Assembly: GCA_030390025.1 (NCBI GenBank)
Contig: CM059433.1
Coordinates: 29,576,001-29,640,000 of the forward strand
From: Squalus acanthias
Lineage: Eukaryota
Reading direction: 5' to 3'
Length of the DNA stretch: 64,000 nucleotides
Shown in pieces: positions 11,760 to 23,794 of the stretch. The notes beneath the pieces are model-generated. The model was not told the DNA's origin. It made no database searches and saw nothing but the letters and a program-made list of their open reading frames with translations. A program made the translations under genes and the position numbers. Each line of letters starts with the position of its first letter. Within the stretch, counting starts at the first letter, position 1.

Positions 11760-13020
11760 CGGGTCCCAGCAACATCCCAGCTATGCTGCTGAAGAACTCT
11801 CCTTCATATCTAGTAGTGCCCCTATCTGCACTTTTCCAGTATAGCGACAACACTGGCATCTACCTTACAAATGTGAAAAATTGCCCAGGTATGTCCCGTC
11901 CACAAAAAGCAGGACAAATAATCAAGACAGATAATGAAGCAGTCCTTGCCAGTATGCAGCAAGACCTGGACAACATCCAGGCTTGGGCTGATAAGTGGCA
12001 AGTGACATTCACGCCACACAAGTGCCAGGCAATGACCGTCTCCTACAAGAGAGAGTCTATCTACTTGCCCTTGACATTTAATGAAATTACTACCATCGAA
12101 TCCCCCACCATCAACATCCTGGGGAGTCACCATTGACTAGAAACTGAACTGGACCAGCCACATAAATACTGAGGCTGCAAGAGTAGGTCAGAGGCTGGGT
12201 ATTCTGCGACGAGTGACTCCTCTCCTGACTCCCCAAAACCTTTCCACCATCTACAAGGCACAAATCAGGAGTGTGATGGAATATTCTCCACTTGCCTGGA
12301 TGAGTGCAGCTCCAACAACACTCAAGAAGCTCGAGACCATCCAGGACAAAGCAGCCCGCTTGATCGGCACCCCATCCACCACCTTAAACATTCACTCCCT
12401 CCACCACTGGCGCAACATGGCTGCAGTGTGTACCATCTATAAGGTGCACTGCAGTCACTCCCTTTTCTTCAGCAGCACCTCCCAAACCCGCGACCTCTAC
12501 CAACTAGAAGGACAAGGGCAGCAGGCACATTGGAACACCATTACTGCCACGTTCTCCCCCAAATCACACACCATCCTGACTTGGAAATATATCGCCATTC
12601 CTTCATCATCGCTGGTTCAAAATCCTGGAACTGCAGCGGTTCGAGAAGGCGGCTCATCACCACCTTCTCAAGGACAATTAGGGATGGGCAATAAATGCTG
12701 GCCTTGCCGGCGATGCCCGCATCCCATGAATGAATAAATTAAAATAAACAAATCCAACCCAGCCAATTACCGCCCCATCAGCCGACTCTCAATCATCAGC
12801 AAAGTGATGGAAGGTGTCAGCGACAGTGCTATCAAGTGGCACTTACTCACCAATAACCTGCCCATCGATGCTCATTTTGAATTCCGCCTGGACCACTCGG
12901 CTCCAGACCGCATTACTATCTTGGTCCAAATATGGACGCAAGAGCTGGATTCCAGAGGTGGAGTGAGAATGACTGCCCTTGACATCAAGGCAGCATTCGA
13001 GCAAGTAAAACTGAAGTCAA
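11760..13020 (+). mobile_element. CR1-clade LINE fragment containing a nested copy of the same family (inner copy 11920-12747)
   Basis: RT C-terminal peptides (WADKWQVTF, YKAQIRSVMEY). The outer copy is split at 'caggacaaat|ccaacccagccaattaccgcccc' with an ACAAAT duplication. Confidence 0.8.
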
Positions 13021-13280
13021 TTAGAGCTAGGCTGTTGAGGGGTGATGTCAGGAAGCACTTCTTCACACAAAGGCTAGTGGAAATCCGAAACTCTCACCCC
13101 CAAAAAGCTGTTGAGGCTGGGGGTCAATTGAAAATTTTAAAACTGAGATTGATAGATTTTTGTTTAGGCAAGGGTATTCAGGGTTACGGAACCATGGCGA
13201 GGAGATGGAGTTAAGATACAGATCAGCCATGAATAGCGGAACAGGACGAGGGGCTGAATGGCCTACTTCTGGTTCCTAAC
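13021..13280 (+). mobile_element. CR1 LINE 3' end
   Basis: RKHFFTQR motif and tail 'gatcagccatga...gggctgaatggcctact'. Confidence 0.8.
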
Positions 13281-13833
13281 TGCCGTATTAACTAAAGAAC
13301 TCCCCTCCTTCATCCCACACACCAACAGACACTGGATCTTCATGTTTCTGTTTGTTAAATTGTAAATTAGTCATTAGATTTTTGCAGTCAAACAGTGACT
13401 ACATGTCAGAAAGCAGCTGTAAAGTGCTTTTGGACGTGCTGAGGTTTTGAAAAGCGCCATAAAAATTGCAAGTTCGTTCTTATTTTGCAAAGATATTTGT
13501 ATTAGAGATGTCTCTTACAATTGTGATGATATGTTCAAAATTTATACCAAACCTCTCGACTGTACTTATAACAGAGAAGATGAATACAGAAGATCAAGGT
13601 CAATTTTCTGAAATATGATTATCAAGCAGCACAACATTGAAGCACATATCACACCTCACAGGAAATTCCACATTAATTGTCTCATCAATTGGTGCTGTCT
13701 GATTGAGAAGAGGTTGAATTACTAAAAGCACGAGGATAAATCACCAGCCTGTCAATCATTCGGCACGTCCTAGCAATGACAAAACAATATGTTTTCATTA
13801 AACCTACTCAATCAAACTTTTTTTTAACTCTTT

Positions 13834-14726
13834 GGGGTAGAAATTAGGTTGCGCCCCATTTGGGGCGCAAATATCGTCTGGACGCAAATATTAGCGCCTG
13901 GTGCTAATTATCGGCACTGACTGGAAACTTCACTTTTACCGCCCCGGGAGGTGAGTGGAGCGCTAAAGCAGGCGCTGCACACCTGTCTTAAGGCGCAAAG
14001 GCCAAGGAGTGAGGCGCTAACTCAGAGCGCTGGCGAAGCTCATGTAATGTCAGTCAGCAATGGAACACACACACAATGGCACGGGCCAGTTCTTAAAGGG
14101 GATGGTTAGTCTTGCTTTCCATCCACATCCTGTTCATTGCAGCCTTGAATCTCGGCCTGGAGAGACTTGCACATCAAATGTGCTGGAAAGAACAATGGAG
14201 AGTACCAGGCAAAGAGCTCAGAGTGCAGCTCCCACAGTCTCTGCTAAATCGATACAAGGAATGGCAAATCAAAATGAACCTGCAAAGTGCTGCTCAGTAC
14301 CCAAAACTCCTTCACACAACGTTGAATCTCTCCAGAAGTCTCTCCCTCTCTCTCTCAGAATGCGTAGTTCAAAAATGCCACCAACAATAAAAGACAGGAA
14401 GAGGCCCCCTTTAAATAGCGCCCCCCCCAGCCCCACAGCGATTGATAGCGTTCCAGTCTTCTGGTCGTTGGAAGCGCCAGGCGGTAAGGCAGGGGGCGCC
14501 ACTCAATTTCCGCTCCGGGGCGCCACAAGGGCGTTGCACCATGGAATGACGTCACAATCTGCGCGCGCAGGTGGTCGCAGCGGTAAGTTTTAGCACCGCC
14601 GCACAATGTCAAGTTAAGTTCCCGAGCGGCGCAAACATCGCTGCGCCCGGGCGTTAGCGGCTTTGCGCCCCATTAGCGCCCTCTTAAGGCGCTAACGGGA
14701 GGCGCAACCAACTGAATTTTTACCCC
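13834..14726. mobile_element. Non-autonomous Harbinger element
   Basis: TIRs GGGGTAGAAATT / AATTTTTACCCC with a TTT 3-bp TSD. The right end 'gcgctaacgggaggcgc' is shared with the end of the 47830 Harbinger. Confidence 0.8.
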
Positions 14727-14949
14727 TTTATATTTAAAGAGGAGCTCATTTTATCGTTTCTTACAAACATCGGAAAAGACTAGTTGGTCCATCAAGCCTA
14801 TGCCAGACAGTTAAAACTAGTGAATGTCTTTTTTGATAGATCAATCCCATTGACCCATTTTCTCAACATATCCCTCAATTAGCCCTTCTCTACAAAATAC
14901 ATCAAATTATTTCTTGAACCCATTTATACTTATGTTTTTTGCTTTATGC

Positions 14950-15105
14950 ATTTAAGGGGAAGCTAGATAAGTACCTGAGGGAGAAAGGAATAGAAGGTTA
15001 GGGTTAGATGAAGAGGGGTGGGAGGAGGTTCGTGTGGAGCATAAACACTGGCATGGACCACTTGGTCCGAATGGCCTGTTTCTGTGCTGTAAATTCTATG
15101 TAACC
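14950..15105 (+). mobile_element. CR1 3' UTR fragment
   Basis: 'tttaaggggaagctagataag...gaatggcctgtttctgtgctgtaaattctatgt'. Confidence 0.65.
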
Positions 15106-15239
15106 AAATTCTCTAGTTTACTCTCTTCAATTGTTCTCCATGTTGTCCTTCTGAGCTGGGGTGTTGCTTTGAACCAGGCCTAAAATGGGTGCATTGGTCT
15201 TCAAAGTTAAGCTTTATTCGGAACTTATCATTACTAGTT

Positions 15240-15467
15240 GAGTGACGATATTGAGGGGAGGGGGTTGAGAGTTGACGATATTGAGGGGAGGGGGTTGAGA
15301 GTTGACGATATTGAGGGGAGGGGGTTGAGAGTTGACGATATTGAGGGGAGGGGGTTGAGAGTTGACGATATTGAGGGGAGGGGGTTGAGAGTTGACGATA
15401 TTGAGGAGAGGGGGTTGAGAGTTGACGATATTGAGGGGAGGGGGTTGAGAGTTGACGATATTGAGGG
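15240..15467. repeat. 30-bp G-rich minisatellite, about 7.5 near-identical units
   Basis: Unit gacgatattgaggggagggggttgagagtt; one substitution in one internal unit. Confidence 0.97.
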
Positions 15468-15796
15468 CATAGTATAAGACGGGTGCTGGCAAGTCGGCAG
15501 CCCGTTTTACATCTCCCCATTTTTATTTCCGCTGACTTCAAATAGTGCAATTGATTCAAAGTGGCATTCGAAAGAACTTTAAGTAAACACTAAGGACAAG
15601 AATTACATTTGATAAATGGTTAAAATAGGGATTCTCTTATTTATGTATAGGAGATTGCGCCTTCCTAAATTTCTACAGAGGTCTAAGCAAACTCCCACTG
15701 CCATTATTATACCAACAGCAAATTATTATACCAAGTGCTCCTGCTGGCTCCACACATATCCTGCCAGCCCAGGCTCACCCCTCTAGGACCAAACAG

Positions 15797-16570
15797 AAGA
15801 TGTTTTCCCTGGCTGGAGAGTCTAGAACTAGGGGTCATAGTCTCAGGATAAGGGGTCGGCCATTTAGAACTGAGATGCGGAGAATTTTCTTCACTCAGAG
15901 GGTGGTGAATCTTTGGAATTCCTTGCCCCAGGGGGCTGTGGTTGCTCAGTCATTGAGTATGTTCAAGACTGAGATCGATAGATTTTTGGACACTAAGGGA
16001 ATCAAGGGATATGGAGATAGGGCGGGAAAGTGGAGTTGAGGTAGAAGATCAGCCATGATCTTATTGACTGGCGGAGCAGGCTCAAGGGGCCTTATGGGCT
16101 ACTCCTGCTCCTATTTCTTATCTTCTTATAGGAACAGGAGTAGACCATTCAGCCATTCGAGCCTGTTCCGCTATTCAATTAGAACATGGCTGATCTGCAT
16201 TTTAACTCCATTTACACGCCTTGGTTCCATTACCCTTAATACCCTTGCCTAATAAAATCTATCGATCTCAGTTTTGAAATTTCCAATTGACCTCCAGCCT
16301 CAACAGCTTTTTAGGGGAGCGAGTTCCAGATTTCCACTCACCTTTGTGTGAACAAGTGCTTTCTGACAGAGATAGAATCGAGAACAAGGGGGCATCACCT
16401 TAAAATTAGATCTAGGCCATTTAGGAGAGAAATCAGGAAGCACTTATTCACACAAAGGGTAGTGGAAATCTGGAACTCTCTCCCTCAAAATGCTGTGGAT
16501 GCTGGGGGTCAATTGGAGCTTTCAAGACTGGCATTGAAAGATTTTTGTTAGGTAAGGGTATCAAGGGTAT
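15797..16570. mobile_element. Cluster of CR1 3' ends: + (15797-16128), - (16129-16365), + (16375-16570)
   Basis: SRTRGH and FFTQRVV motifs with HER1-like tails in both orientations. Confidence 0.82.
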
Positions 16571-16721
16571 CTGAGATCAAAAGGGGACAGGCGGAGTTAG
16601 AATCCCAATGTGGATCCCTGCTTGGCAGGTCTTCTCATTTCAATGTACAGCATCTCCATGTGGAGATGGACCCATACAGACTCTGTAGTGGTTAGGTGGA
16701 GCCTCACATATATGTTTTGTA

Positions 16722-17120
16722 TTCATAGAATCAGAGAGCACAGAAGGAGACCATTCGGCTATCGTGCCTGTGCCAACTCTTTGAAGGAGCTGTCCAATTA
16801 GTCCCACTCCCCTGTTCTTTCCTCATAGGCCTGCAATATTTTCCTACAACTATTTATCAAATTCCCTTTTGAAAGTTACTATTGAATCTGCCAATTATTT
16901 TAAATCTGTGTCCTTTGGTTACCGACCCTCCTGCCAGTGGAAACAGTTTCTCCTTATACTCTGTCAAAACCCTTCATAATTTTGAACACCGCTATTAAAT
17001 CTCCCCTTAACCTTCTTTGCTCTAAGGAGAACAAGCCCAGCTTCTCCAGTCTCTCCACATAACTGAAGGCCCTCATCTCTGGTACAATTCTGGTGAATCT
17101 CCTCTGTACCCTCTCTGAAG
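16722..17120 (-). mobile_element. CR1 3' end
   Basis: ERVQRRFTR...RRLRGDLI on the minus strand. Confidence 0.82.
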
Positions 17121-17419
17121 GTGAACAGGTTAGGCGAGTTAGCAATGGGTTGTGTCTTTTGTTATTTTGTACCCAATGACAAGTAAGTTAACTGTTCTGT
17201 AATCAAGTGAGATCAGCAGCATTGACTTTCTGCTGCTTATAAACTTTTACTTTCAATGAACCTCATTGATAGTTCACAACCTAAGTCTGATCCGGTGGTG
17301 ATTCTTCCACTATCCAATGGCAGACAGGACAAGGGGCAACTCGTGTCAATGTCATTGAGTTAATTGTAGTAACAAGAATGTCTGTTCGACTCCAAGGCAA
17401 TGATACATTACCAGAAATA

Positions 17420-17865
17420 ATTCTCAGCCTTGTGTTCAAATCCCTCCATGGCCTCACCCCTCCCTGTCCCCGTGTCCTAACTCACAGCAAGTCCCGTTCA
17501 CCCATCACCCCTGTGCTCGCTGACCTATATTACCTCCCAGTCCAGCAATGCCTTAAACTTAAAATTCTCATCCTTGTGTTCAAATCCCTCCATGACCTCG
17601 CCCCTCCCCATCTCTGTAGCCTCCTCCTGCCCTACAACCCTCTGAGATCTCTGCGTTCTTCCAATTCTAGCCTCTTGCCCATCCCTGATTTTCTTCGCTC
17701 CACCATTGGTGACCGAGCCTTCAGCTGCCTAGGCCCTAAGCGCGAATTCCCTCCCCACCCCCAAACCTCTCCTCCTTTAAAACGCTCCTACCTCTTAAAA
17801 CCTACCTCTATGACCAAGCTTTTGATCACCTGTCCTAATATCTCTTTCTGTGGCTCAGTGTCAAT
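17420..17865 (+). mobile_element. L2 3' fragment
   Basis: PITPVLADL...LKILILVFKSLH...GDRAFS. Confidence 0.8.
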
Positions 17866-18603
17866 TTTCTGGGAACCCCTGTGAAAATCCTACTCCCATA
17901 ATTTCAGTTACTTCAGGGAGTTGGAAAAAACCCCAAAGTGGGCAGTATTGAGAAATAGAGACTTGCTTGAAATAAGGCGCAGCCACTGTAAGCATCCAGC
18001 AATGAAAAATGGCTTCACGCACCATTACCTGTGTTCAAATCAAAAGTCAGATTTATTTTTAGTTGCTTCTGACAGAGCATTTCAAAACATAAACCCCCCG
18101 TCAAAATTCCATCTTTTTTTCCGCCTGACCTGACGAGACAAATCAAGCAAGTATGAGTGATTTAATAGAGCAATCAGCCCTCTGACAAATCTGATTGATG
18201 CCTCACTTCAGGAGCCCGACAGGTGATTTCATCCCAACATGTCCAGACAAATATCCCCCACACTCTGCCTGCCGGAAATCCAAGCCTCTCAGTAAGATTA
18301 TTCCAGCCAGTACTTTTTTACTTCTCTTTTTGTCCTTGAATTGAGGTAATTTTTTTTTCGCCCAATGTCTTTCCTTTCTTGTAAAGAAAAGATCGTAACC
18401 CCCGGCAACAAAGCCTGCAGTCTGAGCCTGGGATGTAATCTGGTGCTTATTAAGCGCAGTTACAGCATTAATGAAGGATGATAACAGTTCTATTCTCAGA
18501 CTAATTTGCAGTTGTACTGATCAGGGCTTTTCTCTCCTGGATCTGACAAAAAAGAGGAACGTTTACAGCTCGTACTAAATGCGGTGCAACTGGATGCAAT
18601 GGT

Positions 18604-19075
18604 ATCAGCCGTGGCTCAATGGGTACTGGTCTCGCCTCTGAGTCAGAAGGTGTGGGCCCATTCCAGGAATTTGAGCGTAAAATCTAGGCTGACACTCCAG
18701 TGCAGTACTGAGGGAGTGCTGCACTGTAGGAAGTGACGTCTTTCAGATGAGACGTTAAACCAAGGCACAGTCTGCTCTCTCAGGTAAAAGATCCCATGGC
18801 ACTATTTCTAAGAAGAGCAGGGGAGTTCTCCCCGGTGTCCTGGCCAATATTTATCCCTCAATCAACATCAGTAAAGCAGATTATCTGGTCATTATCACAT
18901 TGCTGTTTGTGGGAGCTTGCTGTGCGCAATGTGGCTGCTGTGTTTCCTACATTACAACAGTGACTACACTCCAAAAGTACTTCATTAGCTATAAAGTGCT
19001 TTGGGACATCATGAGGTTGTGAAAGGCGTGATATAAATTAATTAATTAATTCTTTCTTTCTTTTTTCTTTCTTTC
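18604..19075 (+). mobile_element. Full-length DeuSINE
   Basis: tRNA-like head 'cagccgtggctcaatggg', Deu domain, tail and (tttc)n end. Confidence 0.88.
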
Positions 19076-19597
19076 CCCGATGTTGAATCTGACTCGGGCC
19101 GTAGGCTGGCACGGACCAGCGGGTGGAGCAACCCCTCCACCTACTTGCTGCCCATTTGGTCTGAAGTCGAATCTCGCTCCCCTCCCCATTAAACCATTGG
19201 AAATGGCAATTGGCTATCGGTCACAGCAGAGAAATGTTTTTTATTGTGATTATTCTTACAAATACTTGACAGCTTAATTAAAATTTGAAATGAGAGGGTC
19301 ACGAAAATGTGAATAATAGTAATTAGAATAATAATAATTAGGGCCTCGAGAAACACTGGTAATTGTGAGAAATGCTATTAGCCGTAGACTTTTAAAGCTC
19401 AGATTCCACTGCTGGCTGCCATATTTAATCTATGCAAATGTCATGAGCCCATAGAGGCATAGATTGCATTCATACCTTGTGGTCGTGTTGGTGTCAGATA
19501 TGAGATTTGAGCACAGAGCTAATGCTAGGTAAATGGGTAACCGTATCTTCTGGTAACAGTCATTATGGACTGTTGTTTCACAGGGAATAGACACTAA

Positions 19598-20251
19598 GGG
19601 GGAAAAATTTGGTTGCTTTGTGCCTCCTGTTAGTGCCCTAAGAGGGCGCTAACGGGGCGCAAAGCAACTAGCGCCCGGGTGCGGCGCCGCCAATGCCTCC
19701 CACAAAATTCAGCGGGAGGTTAGCGGCGGCGGTAACCGTTAGCGCCCCGCGGCACTGCGCTACCGGCGATGATGTCATCACCGTGCGCAGCACCCCGCTC
19801 GCGTCCCGGCCACGATCTTCGGTAGCGCCCCCTGACTTACCGTCAGATGCTATGTCTGACGGCATCAGTGGGGCCTACCTGCGGCCGGGGCGGCGCTATT
19901 TAAAGGTGAGGTGCCGGGCGGCCATTTTTGTTGCTGGTCGCCTGCCAGCACCTGCCTCCGCTGACACCCCTGGCCTCCTGAGCACCCCCCGCGGAGCGCC
20001 GGCTGCGCTCCATGAGCCCGGCACTTCTCTTGAGTGCCAGGCTCTTTTGCCGGCACTCCAATCCCGGTGGCCCAGCTGGGCCCCAGGTCGCGCTGCGCAA
20101 GGCCCCTCCCCTCTCCGCGATATTCCCTTGCAGCGCCCTGCTCCCTCTTGGGGCGCTACCACTCAATTTCGGCCGCGGGGGCGCTAATTTTTTCGGGTAG
20201 CACCCCGGCGAAGTTAGCTCCCCAAAGGGAGCGCGACTCAATTTTTCCCCC
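19598..20251. mobile_element. PIF/Harbinger-type MITE
   Basis: TIRs GGGGGAAAAATT / AATTTTTCCCCC with a perfect TAA TSD, the canonical PIF/Harbinger target. Confidence 0.9.
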
Positions 20252-20269
20252 TAAGAATTAGTTTCATTT

Positions 20270-20600
20270 CAGGAACATAGGAACAGGAGGAGACCATTCA
20301 GCCCCTCGATCTGGCTGAATCTGTATCTTAACTTCATCTACCTGCCTTGGTTCCATAACCTTTAGTACCCTTGCCTAACAAAATTCTATCAATCTCAGTT
20401 TTGAAATTTTCAATTGACCCCTAGCCTCAACAGCTTTTTGGGGGAGAGAGTTCCAGATTCCCACCACCCTTTGTGTGAAGAAGTGCTCCCTGACATCACC
20501 CCTGAATGGCCTAGCTCTAATTTTAAGGTTACGCCCCCTTGTCCTAGACTCTCCCACCAGAGGAAATAGTTTCACTCTATCCACCCCATCAAATCCTTAA
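20270..20600 (-). mobile_element. CR1 3' end
   Basis: LFPLVGESRTRG...HFFTQRVV. Confidence 0.82.
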
Positions 20601-21814
20601 AGAAATGTTTTTGTGGTAGTTGTGTTGCACTGACACCAGATTTCAGTAGGATGCATTTTTCCATTTGGAGAAGACCTGAATCCCAGAGCATTGAGGGCTA
20701 ACCATCCTCATTCCAACTTCTTTGCCCCCTTGCAGAGTATTATTGCGACTTTGGACATGAGCTCCTGCATTGGAGCAAATCTCTCGTATGATCCACTGCA
20801 TCATGGAAGAATGTGCTGGCGTGTGAAAGGGACCATGTTACCCTTTGGTACTCCGAAGGGTCCCAAATGCCGATCGGCCCAAGCGGAAATCAGGTGGATC
20901 CTTCAACGGGGGAACAGAAAATGTGGCGGAACCCTGTTCTGACGGGATTCCGCCCCATTAAGCAAGGCCTGTGAAACTCCGGACGGGAGAGCGAGCGCGC
21001 GCATCTTGCTCGCCTTATGTCAAGGGAGTGGGTGGGTCTGGTGGAATTGCCAAGTTACTTAAAAAAAAAATCCTGCCCACTACCCACTGCCAGTTAAAAT
21101 CCTCCCCTCTTGGTGTCTGTTCCTCTCTTCCCCTGCGTAGCACCTTGGAATGTTTTTTCCACGTTAAAGGCATTGCATAAATGCAAGTACTTATTTCTAA
21201 TATGGTCCATCAAGGACCACGATCGTTCTGCTCTCCATTTTGCACGGTACCCAACTTCATTTTATTTTAATTCGGAGTATTCCAAAGCAGCCTAAATGAA
21301 CGTCCTTATTTATTCCCATCATCCCTGGTGGCCCACAAAATTCTGAGTTATTCAGTTCCTTCCTTTATTATAACTTTCCACCCAAGTAGACTTGGCGCTC
21401 CACTCATCTGATGTTAAATTAACTGGTTCAGTAGCTGTACGATCTTTCTTCACTAGCAATGCAACCTCTTAGACTCAATTTATTACTACTTCTACCCTTT
21501 ATAAATAGTTTAATTCCCACTAGGTAAAACTCCTGCCCGCCCACCAGCTGTAACTATACGGTTAAAGCAACTAGAAACACCTTCTGAATAGGTGGAGTCC
21601 TTTGTAACATGCATGGTCATCATGGAGAACAGTAGGCTGAGGGTGTGATAAACTCTGACCCCGAAATCTGGAGATGTACTACTGAAAGTGCGAGCGGGAG
21701 ACAGGGCGAGTGCCGAACACGCCAATGTCTTCAGATTGAAGCTGAGCCTATTTTAACAAAAAATAACTTAAAATCTAACATTCCATTAGCTTTCTATCTT
21801 GGGGGGTGGGGTGG

Positions 21815-22862
21815 GCTGAAATACAAAGGGGTGGATGTTATCCTACAGTTATATAAAACTCTGGATAGACCATGTCTGGAGTACTGCATTCAGTTCTGGG
21901 CACCGCACCTCAGGAAGGATATATTGGCCTTGGAGCAGATTCACCAGAATGATACCGGGGCTAAAAGGGTTAAATTATGAGGACAGGTTACATAGACTAG
22001 GCTTGTATTCCCTTGCATATAGAAGATTGAGGGGTGATCTAATTGGGATGTTTAAGAAGATTAAAACATTTGATAGGGTAGGTAGAGAGAAACTATTTCC
22101 TCTGGTGGGGGGAGTCCAGAACAAGGGGGCATAACCTTAAAATTAGGGCTGGGCCGTCAGGGGTGATGTTAGGAAGCACTTCTTCACACAAAGGGTAGTG
22201 GAAATCTGGAACTCGCTCCCCCAAAAAGCAGTTGAGTTTGGGGTTCAATATGAAATTTCAAAACTGAGATTGATAGATTTATGTTAGGCAAGGGTATTAA
22301 GGGTTACAGAACCAAGGCGGGTAAAAAAAAAAAGACTTGCATTTATAGAGCGACTTTCATGACCTCAGCACGTTACAAAGCACTTTACAGCCAATTAAGT
22401 ACTTTTGAAGTGTAGTCACTGTTGTAATGTAGGAAACATGGCAGCCAATTGCACACAGCAAGCTCCCACAAACAGCAATGTGATAATGATCTGTTTTTGT
22501 TATGTTGATTGAGGGATAAATATTGGCCAGAACACCAGAAATAACTCCCCTGCTCTTCTTCAAAATAGTGCCATGGGATCTTTTGCGTCCACCTGAGAGA
22601 GCAGACGGGGCCTCTGTTTAACATCTCACCCGAAAGACGGCACTTCAGCACTGCACTGGAGTGTCAGCCTAGTTTTTTGTGCTCAATTCTTTGGAGTGGG
22701 ACTTGAACCCACAACCTTCTGATACAGAGGCGAAAGTGCTGCCCACTGAGCCACGGCTGACATGGGTAGATAGAGTTAAGGTACAGATCAGCCATGATGT
22801 AATTGAATGGCAAAACAGACTCGAGGAGCTGAATGGCCTCCTCCTGTTCCTATCTTCCTAAC
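21815..22862 (+). mobile_element. CR1 3' portion, interrupted by a DeuSINE
   Basis: LYKTL.RP.LEYCIQFWAP and RRLRGDLI; the tail resumes after 22764. Confidence 0.85.
22324..22763 (-). mobile_element. Full-length DeuSINE
   Basis: Complete SINE on the minus strand flanked by a GGGTA duplication (22319-22323 / 22764-22768). Confidence 0.88.
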
Positions 22863-23302
22863 TCCCAGGCCTCAAGTTACACCCGCCCAATGGACTTGAC
22901 GCTAGTCCCGCTACTGTGAGGCCACAACCTGGCGTAACTACGTCCCAGCTAAGCTCCAGTGGACTCCTGACAAAGTTTCACTGAGAGTCAACCTTAACAG
23001 CTGAGCACATTTGGGACACTTGCATACTTTTTGTTGCTTGAAATATGTTTACGATGTTCACGGTTATTTTTTTGTTGGAAACATGAAGGTGCAGTGAAAT
23101 GGAAAAAGATGTTTATAGACTTGTGAGCCTCCTAGGACTTCTGCTTTTAATGATTAACGGAGTGTTCTGAAGGGTCGTTGGTTTAAATTATGCCGAGAAT
23201 CCTGGTTATTGCAAATGTTGTACAGTTGTAAAACATCAGACATTACTGAATGTCTCTGAAGGTTTTGTCGCAGCTCTCTCCTGTGACCCTACTGTATCCT
23301 TG

Positions 23303-23772
23303 TGTCAGTGGCTCAGTGGTAGCACTTTCATCTCTGAGTCAGAAGGTCATGGGTTCATCGACCCACTCCAAGAGACTTAAGCACATAATATAGACTAACA
23401 CTTTCAGCTCAGTACTGAGGGAGTGCTGCACTGTTGGAGGTGCGGTCTTTCGGATGAGACATTAAACTGAGGTCCCATCTGCCCTCCAGGGTGGATTTAA
23501 AAGATCCCATGGGAATATTTCAAAGAAGAGCAGGGAAGTTCTCCCTAGCATCCTGGCCAACCTCAACCAACATCAGTAAAACAGATTATCTGGTCATTAT
23601 CACATTGCTGTTTGTGGGAGCTTGCTGTGCACAAATTGGCTGCCGCATTTCCTACATTATAACAGTGACTACACTTCAAAAAGTACTACATTGGTTGTAA
23701 ATTGCTCTGTGATGTCCTGAAGTCGTGAAAGGCGCTATATAAATGCAAGTCTTTCTTTCTTCTTTCTTTCTC
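23303..23772 (+). mobile_element. Full-length DeuSINE
   Basis: Head 'gtggctcagtggtagcac', B-box-like 'gggttcatcgaccc', Deu domain, (tttc)n tail. Confidence 0.88.
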
Positions 23773-23794
23773 AGGTCCAACTCAAGATCCATAC

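Noticed and set aside
15113..15559. Repetitive ORFs (PQYRQLSTPS)n and (DDIEGRGLRV)n
   Set aside because: Artefact of a 30-bp minisatellite whose unit length is a multiple of three.
18604..18690. tRNA-like sequences (also near 23303 and 2920-3030)
   Set aside because: SINE heads that continue into SINE bodies; no complete cloverleaf.
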